This document shows positions 61,921-64,000 of a stretch of 64,000 bases of DNA, piece after piece. The notes under the pieces are model-generated. The model searched no databases. It was not told the origin of the DNA and saw only the letters and a program-made list of their open reading frames with translations. This DNA comes from Candidatus Cloacimonadales bacterium. Lineage in GTDB: Bacteria; Cloacimonadota; Cloacimonadia; Cloacimonadales; JAFGVF01. Location: the NCBI GenBank assembly GCA_963663475.2, contig CAXXJV010000001.1, forward strand, positions 2,784,001 through 2,848,000, given 5' to 3'. A program made the translations under genes and the position numbers. Each line of letters starts with the position of its first letter. Position 1 is the first letter of the stretch.

Positions 61921-62191
61921 TGGCTCAAGTTCAACCCAAATGGTGCAATAGAGCTTTAGAGAAGAGTGCTAGATTCTTTTAGCAAAATAGCTTACAGAAT
62001 TTTGACGCATATTTTTTATATATTCGGAGAAATAATGGAAGTTACTTTTGCAAGAGAATATAGTGCTATTCTCAAAGAACTATTGCATTATTTGGGTTCA
62101 AGTCTGGTGAGAAGAATATAGGAAATTGAGAATATTTCATTAAATTTCTGATTTACTTGAGTTTTTTTCCACCAAACTTGAACTTGAGCCA
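61921..62191. mobile_element. MITE-like element, family B (outer), left arm interrupted by a family A copy
   Basis: Left arm TGGCTCAAGTTCAA|GTCTGGTG matches the reverse complement of the right arm, TGGCTCAAGTTCAAGTTTGGTG (62170-62191). Confidence 0.65.
61935..62096 (+). mobile_element. MITE family A copy 8 (162 bp, best preserved)
   Basis: CCCAAAT...ATTTGGG long imperfect inverted repeat; TTCAA duplicated at 61930-61934 and 62097-62101. Confidence 0.9.
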
Positions 62192-62214
62192 TAAATATTA
62201 CATTAACTACTAAA

Positions 62215-62883
62215 TTATAGACCTAAGTCCCTAATAATTTTCCACACTTCAGAGAAGCATAACCTGCAATCAGATTCTTCAACTATACCCTTCTTTATCT
62301 GCTTAGATCGAGATAAACAGCTTTTCTCAGCATTAATACAAGCTTGTTGCAAATTATTCTTAGTAATAGAATAAATTTTCCCCTTTCCTTTTTGATAACT
62401 AGAAATATATTTATTTAAATCTCTTTCGTGATTCCTACACTTGTCACTTGTGTTGGGACTTGATTCATAATGATACAATAACCATGTTTCAAAACAGATA
62501 TAAGACTCAACAGGGACAACAGCTCGAGCCATCAGCTTATTTCTCTCATCAATGTAATTAATCATTTGTTTTTGATTGATTATACAGTCTAAGTCAAGCA
62601 CGAAATACACTTTTGTATTGTCATCAATATTATATTCATTAGATTTTCTTAAAATACTTTTCCAATTAGATTTATTAGAGAGTTCAGGTTTAATTCTTAT
62701 TCCTTTCTCTGCTTCCCTATTAGCTAATTCAGTGAAATAGTTTTGTTCGGTCTCTCCCTCACAAACTATTATGACAACAGATTGTTCCGCTCTTGTTCCT
62801 TTAGCTTCAAAAGTTGATTTATCTTTCTTAATTTGGGGAAGTTTTCTCTTTTTTTCCGCTCTTGTATTTCTTTTTCTTGCCAT
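62215..62883 (-). CDS. rloB: RloB-family protein
   Basis: IIVCEGETE..YF, V.D.D, S..CFETWLLYHY and Y.K motifs; downstream of an AAA ATPase. Confidence 0.88.
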   Translation of the reverse strand: MARKRNTRAEKKRKLPQIKKDKSTFEAKGTRAEQSVVIIVCEGETEQNYFTELANREAEKGIRIKPELSNKSNWKSILRKSNEYNIDDNTKVYFVLDLDCIINQKQMINYIDERNKLMARAVVPVESYICFETWLLYHYESSPNTSDKCRNHERDLNKYISSYQKGKGKIYSITKNNLQQACINAEKSCLSRSKQIKKGIVEESDCRLCFSEVWKIIRDLGL

Positions 62884-62888
62884 AAAAA

Positions 62889-64000
62889 TTAGTCTATAGT
62901 CTCTACTTGTTGTTTAATATTAGGAACAGCTCCATAGTTTCCTATCAAGTACTTCTTCATCACATTTTCTCTCTTTAAGTTATTAAAATCAATTAAACTG
63001 AAAAGCTCTGTTTGCCCAGTTTCTCGTTTTTCAGCAAACCAGATAACATCATAACGCATAATATCCCAGGCTAAAAATAGTGGGTTATGAGTAGTAACTA
63101 TAAGCTGAGAATCTGAACTATTCTTTAAGAACATTAATAAAAGAAGTTTCTGTAAATCATAATGAAGAGAGTTTTCTATTTCATCGAATAACATTAGCAT
63201 CGACTCTTTATTAGATATATAAAATGGCGCTAATAAACTAAAATAACGAAGAGTACCATCAGATTCTTGATTTGAACTAAACTGTTGAAGTATTTCAGTA
63301 TCACCTTTTTTTACAGTATGTTGAAAATTTAAATCATATTTATTTATAGTCTTTATTTTGTCTAATGCTTCAATCAGTTCAGTATCATTATCTTTTTTTG
63401 CGAAAAGATTATATACCTGTTTAGTGAAGACATCAATTTCCTTCTGCTCTTTTTCTATCTGAATATTAGAGATATTGAAATCAGCATTTATCATAAGTTC
63501 TTTAAATTTCCCTAGTAATGTCTGGTTCTTTTCTAGAAAATCAACTGTAAATTTGAGGGTAGATGTTCTATTATCAATAATCATTGAGCTTCTACTCTTA
63601 TACCATTCCCAAACATTTTTAGCATGTTCAAAGAGTGGATTAACTCTATTAAAAACAGATAAGATTGTATTATGTTTAATAGTATTTGCTAAAATTACTT
63701 CTCTGTCAGCTTTGGATAGGGATATAGTTGAGCCAACTTTCAATATCATTCCTCTCTCATTATCATCATCTTTTGTCCTTTCAAACACTAATGCTGGTTG
63801 TATTGAAGGATAGTATTCTAACTTCTCTTTATAAATTTCTTCAGATGTAAAGTTTATTTCATATTTATAGCGAATATAATTATCTACTTTTTTTACTAAA
63901 AAATTAGCTTTTAGAGTAGATGGTTGATTCGTGAATACTGGGTCTAAAAGAAAAGGCTTGCTATTAATTTCTTTGTCAATATCTCGCTTATCCAGAATCA
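62889..64000 (-). CDS. rloA: RloA-like AAA_21/ABC ATPase (5' end outside window)
   Basis: ESDGT, DEIENSLH, QLIVTTH, WF.EK and YL.G.YGAVP motifs. The frame stays open to the window end (..PFLLD..PS..RYKY..). Confidence 0.88.
   Translation of the reverse strand, partial: ILDKRDIDKEINSKPFLLDPVFTNQPSTLKANFLVKKVDNYIRYKYEINFTSEEIYKEKLEYYPSIQPALVFERTKDDDNERGMILKVGSTISLSKADREVILANTIKHNTILSVFNRVNPLFEHAKNVWEWYKSRSSMIIDNRTSTLKFTVDFLEKNQTLLGKFKELMINADFNISNIQIEKEQKEIDVFTKQVYNLFAKKDNDTELIEALDKIKTINKYDLNFQHTVKKGDTEILQQFSSNQESDGTLRYFSLLAPFYISNKESMLMLFDEIENSLHYDLQKLLLLMFLKNSSDSQLIVTTHNPLFLAWDIMRYDVIWFAEKRETGQTELFSLIDFNNLKRENVMKKYLIGNYGAVPNIKQQVETID

Noticed and set aside
61928-62103. Family A repeats as integron attC sites (some ends read RYYYAAC...GTT, with bulged hairpins)
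   Set aside because: Copies are dispersed in both orientations among housekeeping genes rather than between cassettes. The AAC/GTT look arises from TSD plus terminus, and the only tyrosine recombinase lacks the IntI insertion.

Overview
This is an AT-rich, gene-dense 64-kb window from an anaerobic diderm bacterium. The gene content (LptF/LptG, many secreted proteins with FlgD-Ig/T9SS-type C-terminal domains, PPDK, 2-oxoacid:ferredoxin oxidoreductase) fits an FCB-group lineage such as Cloacimonadota; this is an inference. Housekeeping and metabolic genes include ligA, lptF/lptG, lysC, metG, rsmI, tex, folE2, apbE, ppdK, xerC, korA/korB and a proline/sarcosine dehydrogenase-like pair. These are interspersed with (i) an uncharacterised four-gene membrane operon (12498-17639) whose two paralogous subunits appear to have opposite membrane topology, (ii) two LruC-type lipoproteins and five large secreted CTD proteins showing shuffling of a C-terminal-domain plus 3'UTR module, (iii) a type II R-M pair and an RloA/RloB-like pair, and (iv) a 162-bp fold-back MITE-like family with at least 8 copies and 5-bp AT-rich target duplications. 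One MITE copy is nested in the terminal repeat of a second element and another supplies a gene's stop codon. A 46-codon ORF missed by the ORF track has a good promoter and RBS. I saw no rRNA, tRNA, CRISPR array, transposase or reverse transcriptase. All family assignments come from motif recognition by eye, not database searches.
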